The notes below the pieces were generated by a model. That model was not told the DNA's origin. It worked only from the letters and a program-made list of their open reading frames with translations, and searched no databases. From Gracilinanus agilis (Eukaryota), in contig NC_058133.1 in the NCBI RefSeq assembly GCF_016433145.1, positions 111,000,969 to 111,064,968 on the forward strand: a stretch of 64,000 nucleotides of DNA. The letters are read 5' to 3'. Position 1 is the stretch's first letter. Every line of letters starts with the position of its first letter. The position numbers were made by a program, and so were the translations under genes. Positions 1 through 15,060 of the stretch are shown here, piece by piece.

Positions 1-1
1 G

Positions 2-844
<843 letters not shown>

Positions 845-1265
845 TGAGGAGGGGGAGGGGGACGGAGGGTACGGGGTAAGGAGTAGGAGAAAGAGGAGGA
901 GGGAAAAGAGGAGGTGTTGTCTGAGTTATTGTTGGGAGTTATTACGAAGTGTGTGACTTTGGGGGAGGGGAAGGTCAGAGCAGATTTTTGGTCTCCCTGT
1001 GATCTTGGGACAGTTTCCGGTCACCTTAGGGAGTTAGTGTAGTGGTGAACTCCAAAGAGATTTGGGAGGATTTGCTATTTTGGGGTTTGAGCGGGCTTCA
1101 TTTGAATCTACACTGTCAGATCCTAGATCGCTTCTGCTTTAACATTCGCAGTCAGTTTCAAGGAAGTGATTTTAAGGGGTTGTGGTTCCCCATCTCTCCT
1201 CTCTGCCTCTCCCTATCTCTTTCCTTCCCCTCCTCTTCCTCCCTCCTCCCCTCCCCTTGCCTTCC

Positions 1266-1393
1266 NNNNNNNNNNNNNNNNNNNNNNNNNNNNNNNNNNN
1301 NNNNNNNNNNNNNNNNNNNNNNNNNNNNNNNNNNNNNNNNNNNNNNNNNNNNNNNNNNNNNNNNNNNNNNNNNNNNNNNNNNNNNNNNNNNNN
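1266..1393. other. Assembly gap (128 N) after a C/T-rich tract
   Basis: Run of N. Confidence 0.99.
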
Positions 1394-4300
1394 CCATTAC
1401 TCATTGAGCTGGTTGGTTGGTTGGTTTGGAGAAGTCGGATCGTAGAGGTTTATTTTGCCTCTTTCCTTATTTGGGAGCCGGAATGTGTGATTTCACTTCC
1501 CTTGCCCTCTAGAGTAAAAGTCTTCTCTCTTCTACTTAAAATGCATTGGCCCAGAGAGGTGCCAGACCGGAGATTCCGGAGGGGGAACCCCGCCTTAGAC
1601 CCATGGGTGGGGGAGGGTGATTTGTTTTGGTCCCTATGCCTTTACCCTTTCTCAGCGCCCTCCTCCCCCAATACCATTCCAGAGAGGGAGACTTTAATGC
1701 CGTATCTGCTATTTTCATATTCCATTGATCAAAATTATTATGTACACCTTGACTTGGCCTTCTTGAAGTTTTTATTAAATCCCTTGATGAGGTGTGTGGG
1801 GTGGGAAGAAACCTCTCCTTCCGAAATCCTAGAGATGAGAGATTTGATGTGTCCTTCCACTAATCATTGCTTTAGTTTTGAGGAAGATAGAAGGACTAGT
1901 GGGGAGATACAAGAAGGCAACCCTGTGAGGCAAAGTGTTTGGGTTTGGAGATCCTATATTGGGACAAAGCAGAGCTCTAATCTTAGCTAGGGACAGGTTA
2001 AGGGAATCTTCACAGTGAGTTTTCTTCTCATAGTGATTTAAAAAAAAAAAAAAGAAGCCCTATCTGAAGGTAAAATACTTCATCTTCTGGGTTGTCTTTG
2101 ATAGGTAACATCTTGATGACTGTAAGAGAGGAGAAAGTCCTTGTTTTGTATTAGGAGACAGCTGTACTGGCTTGGGAAAGAGTCAACAGAAAACTTGGGT
2201 TTTGAATCCTGGCTCTATGACATCCTCAATTAGTGATGTTGAGCCTCAGTTTCCTCAGATGTGCAATCTAGATAGAATCTAGATAGTACCTCCCTTGATG
2301 GATAGTTGCAACAATATAATGAGATAATAGATGCAAAACACTTTGTAAATTGAATTGTTTGATGTCAATTGTTAGTATTAGTAGCCTTCCTTCCCAAAGT
2401 AGTTAGTTTTAAAAGGTGTGTAAACTTTTGTTTGAGTAGCCACTATTCCTTCTCTGAGGGATAGATGGCAAATAAAAACAGATTGGTTGACTGTATATAT
2501 AATATATTGATTAACTCAAAAGATGAGCTTTCCCCCCCCTTAAATTGGCCAAAATGACTTTCAAATTCTCTTTTGTAGCTTCAAGTTTCTCCTCTAAATC
2601 TAAGCTGAAGGTATGTTCTGAAGTTGAAGTTGAAGGCTGTGAAGGGAAACTACCTTTTTAAGGGATAAAATATATGCTTCAATGATTTATTCCTTTTTAC
2701 ATTGTCTTCTAAATCTCTTTTCTTTCTCAGCCCATAATGGGGGAAGAGAAACTAGTTTATATGGCTTTGTGGAAGAATACAAAGTTTGACTAGATTTAAC
2801 TCACAGCTTTAAGACTGGGACAAATTCTTCTCTCCGGGAGAGATTTGTGTTCTCTGACTGCTCTGGCCATCAGCTGTTTAGGAATAGGAGTTATCCGTTC
2901 TTTCTCTGAAGGAGTAAAAATACTGCATAAAGATGTCAGAAGAGTAGCCCTTACACTGGAAATAGAAATCCTAGAGAATTTATATAACTAATAGAATCCC
3001 TTGGAAATAATTTGTTTTTTGTGTGTAAAGGAGGGTGATTAGAGAGATGATTAAAATTTTTCTTCTGATTATCAGGAAAGGGACTTTCCCTTTTAAACAT
3101 GTTCCCTTGTAGTACTAAAAGGAGAATCTCCTAATGTTTTAAATGACATTTTTTTAGCACAGTGGGTTTTTATGAGCACATTTTATCCTTCTTTTCAGGT
3201 TAGAAGTGGGTGAGGAGAAGTGAAGTCACTCTGTTTTGACAGACAGCCTGCTTCTGGATCTCATGAGTTGACTCAACTGTTAAATTGCACATTTCCCACA
3301 CTTCATTGTGTAAAAACTTAATAACAGAGGAAGAAAGCCTGGGTGAGGCATCAGGAGAGTGGCAGCAGTGTCAACAGCTACACTATATCCAAATATTGGT
3401 TAAGACATAATTGCAGGAAGAGGAAGGGAAAGGGGGAATCTTGTTAGAAGAATCGTGCTCTGGAGATACACATTAAAGATCTCAACTTTTGATTAATCTC
3501 TTGTGCTGATTAGAGAATTAATATTTACAAATAGTAGTTTTGAGTATGAAGTTGGGGAGCTTAGAGACCAAAATAATTGCCCTAATTTGACTAGTAAAGC
3601 CTGGGGTGGGAGGAAGGCTTATAATGGAGGCTTCCTAAACATTTCTTGGCTTTTTGAAATGTATGTTTTGTGGGGAGAGATGAGTGATATGGATGGACTC
3701 CTATGTGCCTATACCTAGCAATGGGAAAAACTGAGGTTGTTATGATATTATGAGACTTGTTTGTGGCTTAGTGACCTCTCATTCCTGTTAAGTGATGGCT
3801 TTAAAAAAATGACCAGCTCTGTTTCTTTCTAACTAACCTTTAAAAGTGTTTTGGTGGGTATTGTGGTCTTACTTTGTCATATCCTCCTTGCTTGTGTTAA
3901 GCACATTTTTTTCCCCTGCTCATCAGAGAAAGAGTACTTGAGGCCTGACAGACCTGTGTTTGAATTCTGCCTTTAGTACATCCCAGCTTCATGATCCTGG
4001 GCAAGTCATTTCCATTTTCTTCATCTTTTAAACTAAGGGATTGGACTGGATATGTTTTCTGAAATCCCTTCTAGCTCTAAATCCTTGATCTTATGACCAT
4101 AGGCTAGAGAAGACCTCACTTTAGTCCTTATACATCCTTTACACTCCTCTAGCCCCAAAGCAATTCTCTTAAACTTAAATACTGTTTTAAGGTTTGTAAA
4201 CTGATTTTCTTGCAACTCCCTTGTGAATTAAGTAGGGAAAGTATTGTAGTTTGCTGACAAGAAAACAGGCTCAAAGAGGTTGACCAGAGTTACTAAGACA

Positions 4301-5644
4301 GTGTGAAGTTGAAATGAGAGTAGGACCCTCTCCCCATTGAAACTCTTGTTCTTCCCCTCAGTTATTATTGACTTACCCTTTTAAGCCCCTCAGTTATTGC
4401 TGTGATGCTGAAGGAAGGTGTTTTCCACTGTTAAACCATGCTCCCCTTGAGTCTAACACACACTGTGCTCACCATAGATTTTACTTTGAAATGTAGGTGA
4501 GGAACCCACAAGGCAAGAATCTTGAGTAGGTCATGGGAAATTGTCCAAAGTTTGAGGTGGTTTCTAAACCAGAGCTTGTGGGATCCTAGTTTTAGAGCTG
4601 GAAGGAGCCTCAGAGGCCATTGTTGTCTAACCACCTGATTTTAAAGACCCAGAGAAAAAGTGACTTGCCCAAGGTTATATTCAGGGAGTTATACCAGATC
4701 CTCAGACTCTATTAGCCAGTACTCTTTCCACTTTCTTTTTTGCTTGAAAAGCTTTTCTGTAACTCTTAATCCTAGGGATTGTGTTAACTGGTTTAAAACC
4801 AGAAATTCTCTCAGTGGTGGAAGCCCATGTAAATTTCATTAACTATTTCATATTCTATCATGTTAGAACTGAAAGGTATCTTTAGTGATTATCTTGTCAC
4901 AGGATCTCTTCTCCCCATCTCCTTATTCCCCTCCTTGTTTTTACAGATGAGAGGACTTCTTATCTTGGGAAGTGAACTGACTTATTTGAAAGCATATATT
5001 GTTTGCTTGTGACAAAACAATTATAATCCATCTCTCCTGAACTTCTTGCTTCTGGTTGGTAATAATAATCCTAGTCCTAACTCACATGTGTTTCAATTGG
5101 TTGTATTCCTAGATGGGGTTCTCTAGTTCCTCAGTTGTACTGCCCTCTCTTTTCTCTCCCTACCAATTGTGAAATCCCTTCTTTTACACTAGCTTGACAC
5201 AATTAAAGCCAATCCTGTTGTCACTATTCTCTGATTAGTTGAAGCATATTATTGCTTCATAAACTATAGTTTTCTAGAATGTTGTCATAATTTATCTGTT
5301 TGCCTTTCCTGTGGCATAGACTGGAGAAAATAAGAACCTGTGTTTTCTCATTTAAATCTTTCTGACCTGTCTCTCTATTTCCTCTCTTTCTTCTTTAGAA
5401 AATTTTATGGAAATATAAGTCATAGTCTCTATCTTAATATAATCTATAATCTCAGAATCCTAAAATGTCAGTAATGGGATCATAGATTTAGAACTGGAAA
5501 GGACTTGATAGGTCATTTAGTCCAGTCATTTAGCAATTGAAAAAACTGAGGTCCTTTGAGGTGGTGACATGCTCACAGTCACACAGTGAGTTGACTAGAA
5601 CCCTGGGTTTCTTAACATCTACCCCAGTGCTCCTTCCACTGTAT

Positions 5645-5686
5645 CATACATACATACATACATACATACATACATACATACATACA
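5645..5686 (+). repeat. (CATA)n microsatellite
   Basis: Direct reading. Confidence 0.95.
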
Positions 5687-5951
5687 ATGATCATTATTGA
5701 GAATACAAGACTAGATATACCTAAAATGCTAACTAGTAACTATCAAAAGTTGTTTGGAGAAAAAGGATATCAGCCAGGGCTGGTGTAGTCTGAAAAGGTA
5801 GAATGGAGTTGAGCCTTGGGGGAATAGAGGAAGACTTGGCTAAGTTTAAGGGCAGGCATTCTGAGGGAGACTATCCTGAATAAAGAAAGAATAAACATGT
5901 TCTCGATTGAGTGGCTTTTATTTTATTTTATTATTATTAAAAAAAAACAAA

Positions 5952-6113
5952 ATCCATGTATTGGTTCCAAGGCAGAAGAGCGGTAAGGGTAGGCAATAGG
6001 GGTTGTGACTTTCTCAGGGTCACACACCTAGGAAGTGTCTGAGGACAGATTTGAATCCGGGACCTCCTGTCTCTGAGCCTTGCTCTCAAATCCACTAAGC
6101 TACTCAGCTGCCC
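5952..6113 (-). mobile_element. tRNA-headed CORE-SINE (opossum SINE-1 type)
   Basis: Reverse complement of the GGGCAGCTG...GTGTGACCCTG core plus CCTTACCGCTCTTCTGCCTTGGAACCAATAC tail. Confidence 0.85.
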
Positions 6114-6282
6114 TGGGAACAGTGACTTAAAAAAAAATAACAACCTTACCTTCTGTCTTAGAATTGATACTAAGTTCCAATGTGCTGTAGAACTGAGGGT
6201 GTTGATAGTTATGTAGAGTCAGAGTAACTGTTGTGAAATTCATTTCAATTTGACTTCATTTAAAAATATCCTGTATGCTCAG

Positions 6283-6470
6283 TGTACAGAATGCCAGGTC
6301 TTGAGTCAGGTGAACGTGGGTTCAAATCTGGCTTCAGACATTTCTAGCAGTGTGACCATGGGCAAGTCACTTAATCCCAATTGCCTAGCTCTTACCACTC
6401 TTCAATCCTTGAATTAATACACTTCTAAGAGAGAAGGTAAGGGTTTAAAAAAAATAAAATAAAATAAAAT
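6283..6470 (+). mobile_element. CORE-SINE (SINE-1 type), older copy
   Basis: GGTTCAAATC B-box, core, GAAGGTAAGGGTTTAAAA tail and A-rich end. Confidence 0.8.
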
Positions 6471-6495
6471 AATATCCTGCATATAAGAAGAGTCT

Positions 6496-6498
<3 letters not shown>

Positions 6499-6542
<44 letters not shown>
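6499..6542 (+). repeat. (GA)n microsatellite
   Basis: Direct reading. Confidence 0.95.
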
Positions 6543-6545
<3 letters not shown>

Positions 6546-6565
6546 CTGTTAAAACAGCAAGCAAT

Positions 6566-6832
6566 TAGCAGCCAGTAGTGCAATGGATAGAGAGGGCCCT
6601 GGAGTCAAGAAGACCTGAGTTCAAGTCCAACCTCAGAAACTTACAAGCTTTGGTACCCTGGGCAAGCCACTTAACCTCTATTTGCCTCAGTTTCTTCATC
6701 TGTGAAATGGGAGTAATAATGGCACCTACTATTTTTGTGAGAATCATATGAGACACTATATGTAAAAGAGGTTTAGCATAGTGCCTAGCAAATAGTATGT
6801 GCTATGTAAATGCTTATTCCTTTCCCTTTCCC
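6566..6832 (+). mobile_element. MIR-type CORE-SINE with L2-like tail
   Basis: tRNA-like head, core CCTCAGTTTCTTCATCTGTGAAATGGG, tail TTAGCATAGTGCC...TAAATGCTTATTCC. A similar copy lies at about 54580-54830. Confidence 0.8.
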
Positions 6833-7321
6833 CAGACTAGAGGAGGAAGACTGTAGTGCTTAGGTTTCCATGAGACCTTTCCATTTTAGTTTCTTAAGAA
6901 CAAAATTCTATTGTACATAAGTCAGCCCTGTCCCTGGCTTTTTTCTGATGTAGTTGGGCTGCTGGCATCCCGTGACACAAGATCCAGGCTGAGATTTTCA
7001 GTGCCTTGCACGTTATGAATTCCGGGCATGGTGGTGCTTGAGACCTAATCTTTAGCAAACATCTAGGATATATGGATCTGAAAGATGCCCTTGGACTTCA
7101 GGGTCAAGGCTACAAGTATCAGCGGTATCTGGAGAAATAAAAGATTTCTTTTCTCAGAGGATGAAGTGTTAACACCTATAAAGGAATGAAAAACTTGCAG
7201 TCCTTCCCCCCCTCTGACCCCCCCCCCCAGTTTTCTGATTGGTACATAAGAGGCTCAAGTGCTTTGGAAGTGAGACCAATTAAATTAAATTACCTTCATT
7301 CTTATAGTGGATTATTCAAAT

Positions 7322-7470
7322 ATCGGTTCCAAGGCAGATGAGTGCTAAGGGCAAGGCAGTTGGGCCTAGTAAAAAGGGTCTTATAGCTAGGAAGTATCTG
7401 AGGCCAGGTTTGAACCCACATCCTCCTGACTCCAAGCCTGTGTCTATCCACTGAGGCACTTAGTTGCCCT
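7322..7470 (-). mobile_element. CORE-SINE (SINE-1 type)
   Basis: GGTTCCAAGGCAGA...TGAGGCCAGGTTTGAACCC...CTATCCACTGAG...TTGCCC, the reverse-strand signature. Confidence 0.75.
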
Positions 7471-8439
7471 AAATGAAACCACTTTTAACAGTGGTCTTCC
7501 ACCATTGGTGAGGTTGGGAACTGAGGTGATAAGCACCTGAGCATTTATATCAGTGGTGCCAAACTTAATAGAAACGTGCAACTTCTAAACATTACTTATG
7601 GATATCTACAAACTGCATATTGACTTAGGAGACATTTTATTAGTAGATGAATATATGTTAACATTATCTATGAGCTATCATATTTTTATTTATTTTGTTA
7701 AATTTGGTAGCTTTATGTTTGACCCCTCTGACTTACATGGTAAGAAGAGATATTGCACCTTACCCCACTGCCAAAGAAATACTCATGTAAGAGAACTTGT
7801 AAAGCTCATGTAAAAGAACAAAAGATCTTGACAAGGAAAATTGGACTGACTGGAGAAGCAGGTGGAATTCTGTGACTTGTGGAACTCATGGTTTTCCAGA
7901 TGAGCCAGGAAGATAGCTCAGGTAGCCCTGGGCAGAGCAGGAAGAAGGGGAAATGGTATGACTTTTGCCTATTTCCCTTTCACCAATTTCTTCTGATTCA
8001 AGGCTTCATGAAGCCAGTCTCTAAGTGTGACATATCCTGGACAGTTAAATCTTAGTCCTGTCTTTCAGATTTAGAGATAAGGGGGTGGAGAAATAGGAGA
8101 AATAGGGTCAATTGTTAGCCATGAAGGTATTTCTGAACCTTGTACCATGTTTTCTACATCAAAGAATAGGCTATGGGGGAGGCTGTGAAATGTCCCTGAG
8201 TTTTAATCCTTATTGGTGACTCTTCTCCATTGCTTAGATAACTCTTTTCTTAGTCCACTTGGAACTTGAGTCCCCATGAAGAGCTTTGGTCATCCTTACT
8301 GGAAACCTCATGGATTTAGGGGTGGCAGGAGCATGTTAGAAAGGGTTCGATAAGTGAAAGGTTTTTGGACAGAGACAAAAGCTACATCAAAGTACATTAT
8401 CAATTCTTGTGCTTTCTCCAAAGGAGTTTGTGGGGTGAA

Positions 8440-8840
8440 GAGGAAGGGAAGCAGGACTATATCCTGTCTTAAAGGGATCAGTTGAAGGAACTTTGGATGT
8501 GTAGCCTGGAGCAGAAAAGGCTTTTGGGGGTTTTTGATGGATGTTTTCAAGTATTTGAAGGAATGGGTTTTAGAAGAGAGTTTAGGTTTGTACAGCTTGG
8601 ACAGTTTTGCCAAAGGGCAAAATGAGGAACAATGGGTAGATGATGAAGAAAGGCAGATTTAAGTTTAATTTGAAGAAAGGCTTAAAAAACAACAAAGTTG
8701 TCTCAAAGTGGAATGGGTTGGCTTACTTAGTCATGGACTCCTTTAGATTGGAAGCCTGAAGGTAGGGGTGGCATGACCACTTCACATAGTTGGGGGGATG
8801 TTTAGAGAGGATTCTTGTTCAGGTACAGGCTGGACTAGAT
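8440..8840 (+). mobile_element. CR1/L3 LINE 3' fragment
   Basis: Decayed L3 motifs (TAGCCTGGAG-AGAAAAGG, TTCAAGTATTTGAAGG, GGCAGATTT, AAGTGGAATGGG). Confidence 0.65.
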
Positions 8841-9131
8841 GCCAATCTGATGCCCTTTCCAACTCTCAGTACTAATTCCATTGTACTGAGGACCATAGTT
8901 CTGGACTATCCTCATGTCTTTCTCTATGAACCTGTTATGAAGTTGCAACTTGACAGCCAGGTGTCCCAGTGAGGAAGAGGGGAGGTTGGATAGGGGTATT
9001 ATTCTGTTGGACTTTCTTCAGAAAGGGAATCTTTGTCCCATTATTTAACCCTTCCTGATTTTATTCTGGCCTAGGACTGTGCCTTGTCTTATATCATGGA
9101 AAGATCAGTTGATGAGTGAGAGCTGGTTTCC

Positions 9132-9133
<2 letters not shown>

Positions 9134-9170
<37 letters not shown>
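9134..9170 (+). repeat. (TG)n microsatellite
   Basis: Direct reading. Confidence 0.95.
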
Positions 9171-9173
<3 letters not shown>

Positions 9174-12100
9174 GGGGGGTGTATTGACCACTTTTCTGTT
9201 GCTCTGATCATCCAGATTGTTATGGGGCTCCCAGCCCACTGGACATCTGCAGTCTGGCATCATGCCTAGGGCTGAGGGACTGTCTTACTTGCCCCCTTCT
9301 GTCCCAGCCAGCTAAAAATAAATCTGCCACCACTGCAGTCTGCCCTGACAGCCGGGGCCCCCTAGATTTCACTCCTGGGCCACCTCCTGCCAAGCTGCTG
9401 AATTGTACTGCTCCCTGTCCCTCTGCTTCTGTCCCCTCCTCCTCATTCTCCCTACCTGACCCTTTGGAGTAGAGGTGGACCAAATGACAACCCTGAATGC
9501 TCGAAGACCTTGAGGTTGGCACTCTCCTGATGAGCTTTGTTGAAAAGACTGATTGGCTCTGCCTTACCTCATCAAGTGCCCCCCAAGGAAAGGGTGAGAG
9601 TAGGAAGAAGAGAAGGATTGGTTGGAAGGTAGGTAGAACTTTCTGTTGTACCAACCTCTCCACTACATAATTTGCACCCTGAAAAGCTTCCTCTGCCAGA
9701 AAGGGTTTGTAGTGATGAGGAGGAGAATGTGGGGGCTTTCCCTCACCCTAACTGCTCTTTGGCTTAGAACTGCTCCCTGAGGAAGGCTCCTGCTTTGGCT
9801 CTTCCTGAGTCTGTTCCTAACTTTCTTCACCACTACCATGGAATGGGGGATTCAAGTTACAGCCCTCACAGTGTGACCTCATCTTGATGGCTTCCAAGAA
9901 TAACTGGGCCCAGGCATGGTGCTGCCTGATTCATGCGTCAGAGGGGCCTGTCAGATCCCTGTTGCAGAAGTTTTCACTAAGTACCACTCCATCTGCCTGG
10001 CTTCAGAAAGCCTCCCTATCACTGGGCCAAATGCAGCTGCAGTAGCCTTCCTCTGCTTCCTTCTGACTGGGGATCTAGGAGGCCTAGGCAGTCTGGGAGG
10101 TGCTAAACAAGTGTTTAGAATGTCCTTTTGATGGCAGGTTAGGGTAAATTCTTTTTCTTTACTTTGACCTTGCCATGCTGTTTCTCGATATCTCTTTGGC
10201 TCCTGGAACAGGTGTTGGCATTGCTGATTGTGGCAGAGAAATAGAGGTATTCTGTAGACTTGTTCTGTAATTAGGGTTTTGAGTTGGTGTGAAATGGGAT
10301 GGTGTTAGTGGCCAGGAGGTAAGAACTCAGGGCCCCCTCCTTTTAGCCAAAGTTGTATAGTTTGTCCTTGTCTCCACTGCTGCCCCACCACCCCCAGGGC
10401 CTCATTTCCTCTGAAGGGAGAGATTTATCTGCCAAGGCTCATTGGCCTCTGGAGGGGAGGGGCAGGGCAGGGAGTACGAAGAGTTTATTTTTAACTCTGC
10501 CAGAAGGAGCCTGTGCACTGGCCCCTGCCCTTGGAATAGTTATACCCTCTTTCCTCTCTCCCCCAATCTGGGCCTCCTTTCCTTGTTTTTGTAGTTCTTA
10601 GAAGAAACCTCACTGGATTCAGCCAGCAGAAGATGTCCTAAAAGTCATGGAAGGAAGGCTTCTTTGGATAAAGAGTCTCTATCTACCCTTTGAAGGACAA
10701 TATTGTCTGGCTCCTTGCCATTTCTGCCTTCTCCCAACCCCCCAAAGTCTCAGGGCTCCCTGGAATTGGAGGTCACATTTATGGAACTTGGAGCATCCCA
10801 GGAATGTAGGTTGGCTTGAAAGGATTGTCTACTCCAAAGCACATGCTCAGACTGAGGTACTCTACTAGAAAGAATATTAAGGGTCCATCTCTTCTTTTTC
10901 TCCCCCTACTGTCTCTGATCAGGAACAGAGAGCTCCTGAAAGTTTTTCCCCATCAATTGGGGATGAATGAAGAGAAAGAGGAATTTTAATTTTAAGCCCT
11001 TAAGTTTAGATTGCTGAAAAGACTCATTCCTTTCCACTGGAGATCTAAGTAAGAATATTCTTGCTATTTTTCTTATATGTTAGCCATTAATGTTCCTTTG
11101 ATGAAGAAATAGAATAAATGCCTCTATCCCTCTCTTTCCACCTTCTCTACTCTTTCCCTGCCAAGATGGGAAGGGGGTCTGTGTGACCAACTGCTTATGG
11201 GTTACGCTGGTGATTACTTTGGGAGAGCTTTTAAAATATTCTCCAGCCGAGGGTGTGATTAGAGAAGAGGGGAGGAGCAGGCAGAGTAAGGAGTTAAGTA
11301 TCAAAGATTAGTGAAGCCATCTGGATGAATATCTGAATTAATTAGTAGGCATTTATTGGACCTAGAAGTGTGAAGGGAACAAAAGAAGACCCTGCCCTCA
11401 AGGAGCTCATGATCTAATTAGGAAAATAAGCTTAACTGGTAAAATAATAGATCCCCAAAATAATGTATAAAGGAATACTAAATTGGGAAGGACAAATCTA
11501 TAAATATGGTAACAAATCCACTGAAGGGTAGGATAGCCAGGAAAGAATTTATTGAAAGGACAGGATTTGAACTGGACAGTGAGAGGATTTGGCTACACGG
11601 AGGAAATAAGAGCAAAGGCATGGACATAGAAATTGGACTGATAAGTTTAGGGGCCAATGAGGAGACAGACTCAAGCAGAAAAGATGGTTCATCTAGGGAA
11701 GTCATGGGAAATAAGGTTGTTTTAGTAGGTCAAATGATTATTCAGAGCCTAAAAAGGGGGAAGGGAATAATAGAGAGCAGAGAGGGCTTGGATGTGGTAG
11801 GAAGCAGGGATTCATTGAGGACTGTTGGGCAGGGAAGGAAGGCCTGATTGACTGCCCTCCCTCTCCCCTCTTCCCTAAGGTTCACTCTGCAGATTCCCCT
11901 GGCAGTCTGTGTCTCTGGCCTTAATCTTCAGAGGAAAGAGAAACCAGCCATTTGATGCTATGCTGCTCTGTTTCCCAGAGACAGCACTTTTGTGCTGTCA
12001 GGGTTAGTTTTGCTTTATTCCCCTTTTTTGGGGAGGTAGGATTGGTGGTGGTAGTGGGAGGGGAGATCTATAACACATGTGTCTCGTGGTTGGGGGAGGG

Positions 12101-13360
12101 GGGGTGCGGTTCAGGCCAAGCTGGGGAAAACTCTAGAATCAGGGCTTTACTATGGAATTTCCTTCTCAGCTTCTTAAATCCTATTTTAGGAAGAATTGAC
12201 CACAAGTAAAGTTTAATCTAAAGTAGAGCCATCTGGCCTTATTAACCTTATAGACAAAGTAAGCAATTCTGTAGAATTGGGAGTAGAGGCATCTGAATAT
12301 TGGGCTCAGGCTTGAGACCTAGAACCTCAGCTTAGTGATGAATGTTCGACTAAGAGACCCTAGGTTCAGAGGTCTAATGGCTCTGCCTTACTCTAGAGAA
12401 ATTGGCATTTTCTGATGGGAAGCAGTGGAGTTTGTCTATTTGAGGGGACAAAAATAATGTGAAAGTTGTTATTCTCAGGGCTGGGAGTGGGAGAGGATGC
12501 CAGAAGATGACAGTTATTTTATGAGGAACCACTCTGGTCAGAATCAGTCTCATCTTTTTTTGGGGTTAGTCTTCCTAGGCTTCTCTTTCTGGAGAAGAAA
12601 CAATAGCAAATTGCCAGGAGGCTGATAACCTGAACCTAAAGGTTCAGGCATGATCATCATTCTGATATTTGCAACTTCTTTACAATTGGCCAGAGCAGAG
12701 AACACTTTCTTTTTGTTTTCCCCTTCAAGTTCCAGTTATAGCATAAGGGTTTCTTTATAACCTTGAAAAGGGTTTTAGTGAAAGGTGTGCTGGCTTTGCT
12801 ACTTACTGCCTTTATGACCTTGGGGAAGTTACCTGATTTCTCTGAACCTCAGTTTCTACCTCAAGGACCTCTGAGTTTTCTTCTAGCTCTAAATTGCAAT
12901 CTGATTCCTTTATCTCTTGGGAATGCCACCAGATTAATTTTCTTAAAGTTTAGCTCCAACCTTTACATTGCTTAACTTTCAGTGATTCTCTATTGCTCAC
13001 TGGGTATCTCTTAGTTGAATACTAGCCTATAGCTTCCTTTTTTCTAGCTAGATCTTTGATATGCCTTCTCTAAACTCTAGCCAATAGCAGTACTTGTTCT
13101 TCCCATTTTCCTCTCTCCATTTTCTTCCTCTTCCTCTTCCTCTTCTCCTTTAGTTCCACCTCACCCCATGCCCTTCTCCTATCTTTTCTTTTTATGTTGA
13201 GGAACTTGGACTAAAAGGCCCTTTTCCACCCTTGATCTATGGTCCTCTAAAGGCTTCAATGATTCCCTTCCTATCTGAAATAACAAATCTCTCTTCTGAA
13301 TTCTCCTTGTATTCTGTATGTCTTCCTCATGTGTTTTTCACATCCTCTTTTAATGATTTT

Positions 13361-13567
13361 TTATTTTATTTTATTTTATTTTATTTTTTTATTTTAAACC
13401 CTTAACTTCTGTGTATTGACTTATAGGTGGAAGATTGGTAAGGGTAGGCAATGAGGGTCAAGTGACTTGCCCAGGGTCACACAGCTGGGAAGTGTCTGAG
13501 GCCGGATTTGAACCTAGGACCTCCCGTCTCTAGGCCTGGCTCTCAATCCACTGAGCTACCCAGCTGC
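13361..13567 (-). mobile_element. Young full-length SINE-1-type element with 17-bp TSD
   Basis: CCTCTTTTAATGATTTT at 13344-13360 and 13568-13584; (ATTTT)n tail; intact A and B boxes on the minus strand. Confidence 0.92.
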
Positions 13568-13804
13568 CCTCTTTTAATGATTTTATGTAGACTTTATTCC
13601 TTTTACCATCCCCTATCTCTCATCCCTTCCACTCTAGCCCTACCCCCTTCAGAAGTTCTTCGAGGGCACCAACTATTATTCATATCTCCCATATCACTTA
13701 GGCCAACAGAGTTTGGGATTAAAAGTCTTCTTCCTCTTCTCTTATAGCATTGAGATCTAGAGATTAGTGGTCTGTTCATTCTGGCAAACTGACTCACTCC
13801 ATCA

Positions 13805-14520
13805 GTTATGGAATTTTAGAGTTGGATGGGATTTCATATGATCCATCTAATCCAATCTGTACCTGGAAAAAGAATCCTTGGTATTATATACCTGATAAGG
13901 GTCACTTAGTTTTTGCTTGAAGATCTTCTAAGAGGGATGCCTATTACCTTCCCAGGCAGTTTTGTCTGCTTTGAAGTTTGCATTAATTGGTAGGAAGTTA
14001 AAAAAATTATATCAAACCTATATTTGCCTCTTTCTACCTATTATTCCTAGTTCTTTCCTCTGGATAAGTCTAATCCTTATACCACATGATGGCTCTTTAA
14101 AATAATTGAAGATAAAGATTGTATCTTCTCTAGGCTAAACATCCCCAAGTTCCTTCAGCCAGTTTTCATATGGCATAGACTAAAGACCCTTTACCATCCT
14201 GGTCACCTTGCTCTCTAGCTTCCTCAAATGTGGTGCCAAACTGATCACAATATTCCAGTGGAATTATTGACTCCTTATTTCTAGAATTCATTCTTCTATT
14301 TCACCCCAAGATTGCATTAGCTTTTTTGGCTGTCATGTCTCACTGTTAACACATGTAGAGCTTGTCTAAAAAACCTCTCAGATCTTTTTCAGATAAACTA
14401 ATTTCTTACCAGGCTTCCCTCATCTTATACTTGTAATATTGATTTTTTTAGAACCCAAATGTAAGAGCTCTTTTATTTTGAAATTCACCTGAATTTCAAT
14501 CCAATTCAGTGTTCTAGTCC
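13805..14520 (-). mobile_element. CR1/L3 LINE fragment
   Basis: Reverse-strand L3 motifs (CTAGGCTAAACATCCCC..TTCCTTCA, GACCCTTTACCATCCTGGTCACC, TTAGCTTTTTTGGCTG). Confidence 0.65.
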
Positions 14521-14845
14521 ATTAAAATCTAGATAGTGTCTCTGATAAAACACTTTCTTGGAGATCTGAAGAATACTTATGTGCTATAGCTGTGTGGATC
14601 TCTAAGATGTTTTCTCTTTTCCCTAGACTCTTTCATTAAATAACTAAGTTGTGGAATCTATTAGGTTAAAAGAACACTGAATTTGACATTTGTGTCCTGA
14701 CTTCTTCATGGCATCTCTTGTCAAGACCTAGAGGATTCCAGTTTGAACCCTAGCACTGCTGTTACTTGCCATTGTGACCTTGGGCAAGTCATTTCCTCTC
14801 AGGACTTCAGTTTCCTCATTTATGAAATGAATGAGGTTCTTGGAG

Positions 14846-15060
14846 TAGGAGTTCTTAGTAATTTTTTAACATCTTGGATTCCTGTGTCAGACTGGTGAAG
14901 TCTATAAATTTTTCTCAAAAATAATGTTTTGTTGATTACATTCCTATTTGAAGGAAATGCTAAATTTCAGTTACAGGTAGAAATAAACTTGCAATTTTTT
15001 TCCTATCCAAATTCACAGACACCATGAAATCTATCCATGGACCCTGGTTGAGAACTTCTA
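14846..15060. mobile_element. Non-autonomous hAT (MER5/Charlie-like) element, decayed
   Basis: Ends resemble CAGGGGTTCTTAACC and GGTTGAGAACCCCTG. Related copies lie near 17560-17950, 20170-20780, 37150-37300, 51300-51490 and 59480-59630. Confidence 0.55.

Noticed and set aside
1166-1990. Longest ORF in the track (274 aa)
   Set aside because: Inflated by an N gap, starts at GTG and has no protein-like features. The same applies to the ORFs across 54942-55542 and 60904-61392.
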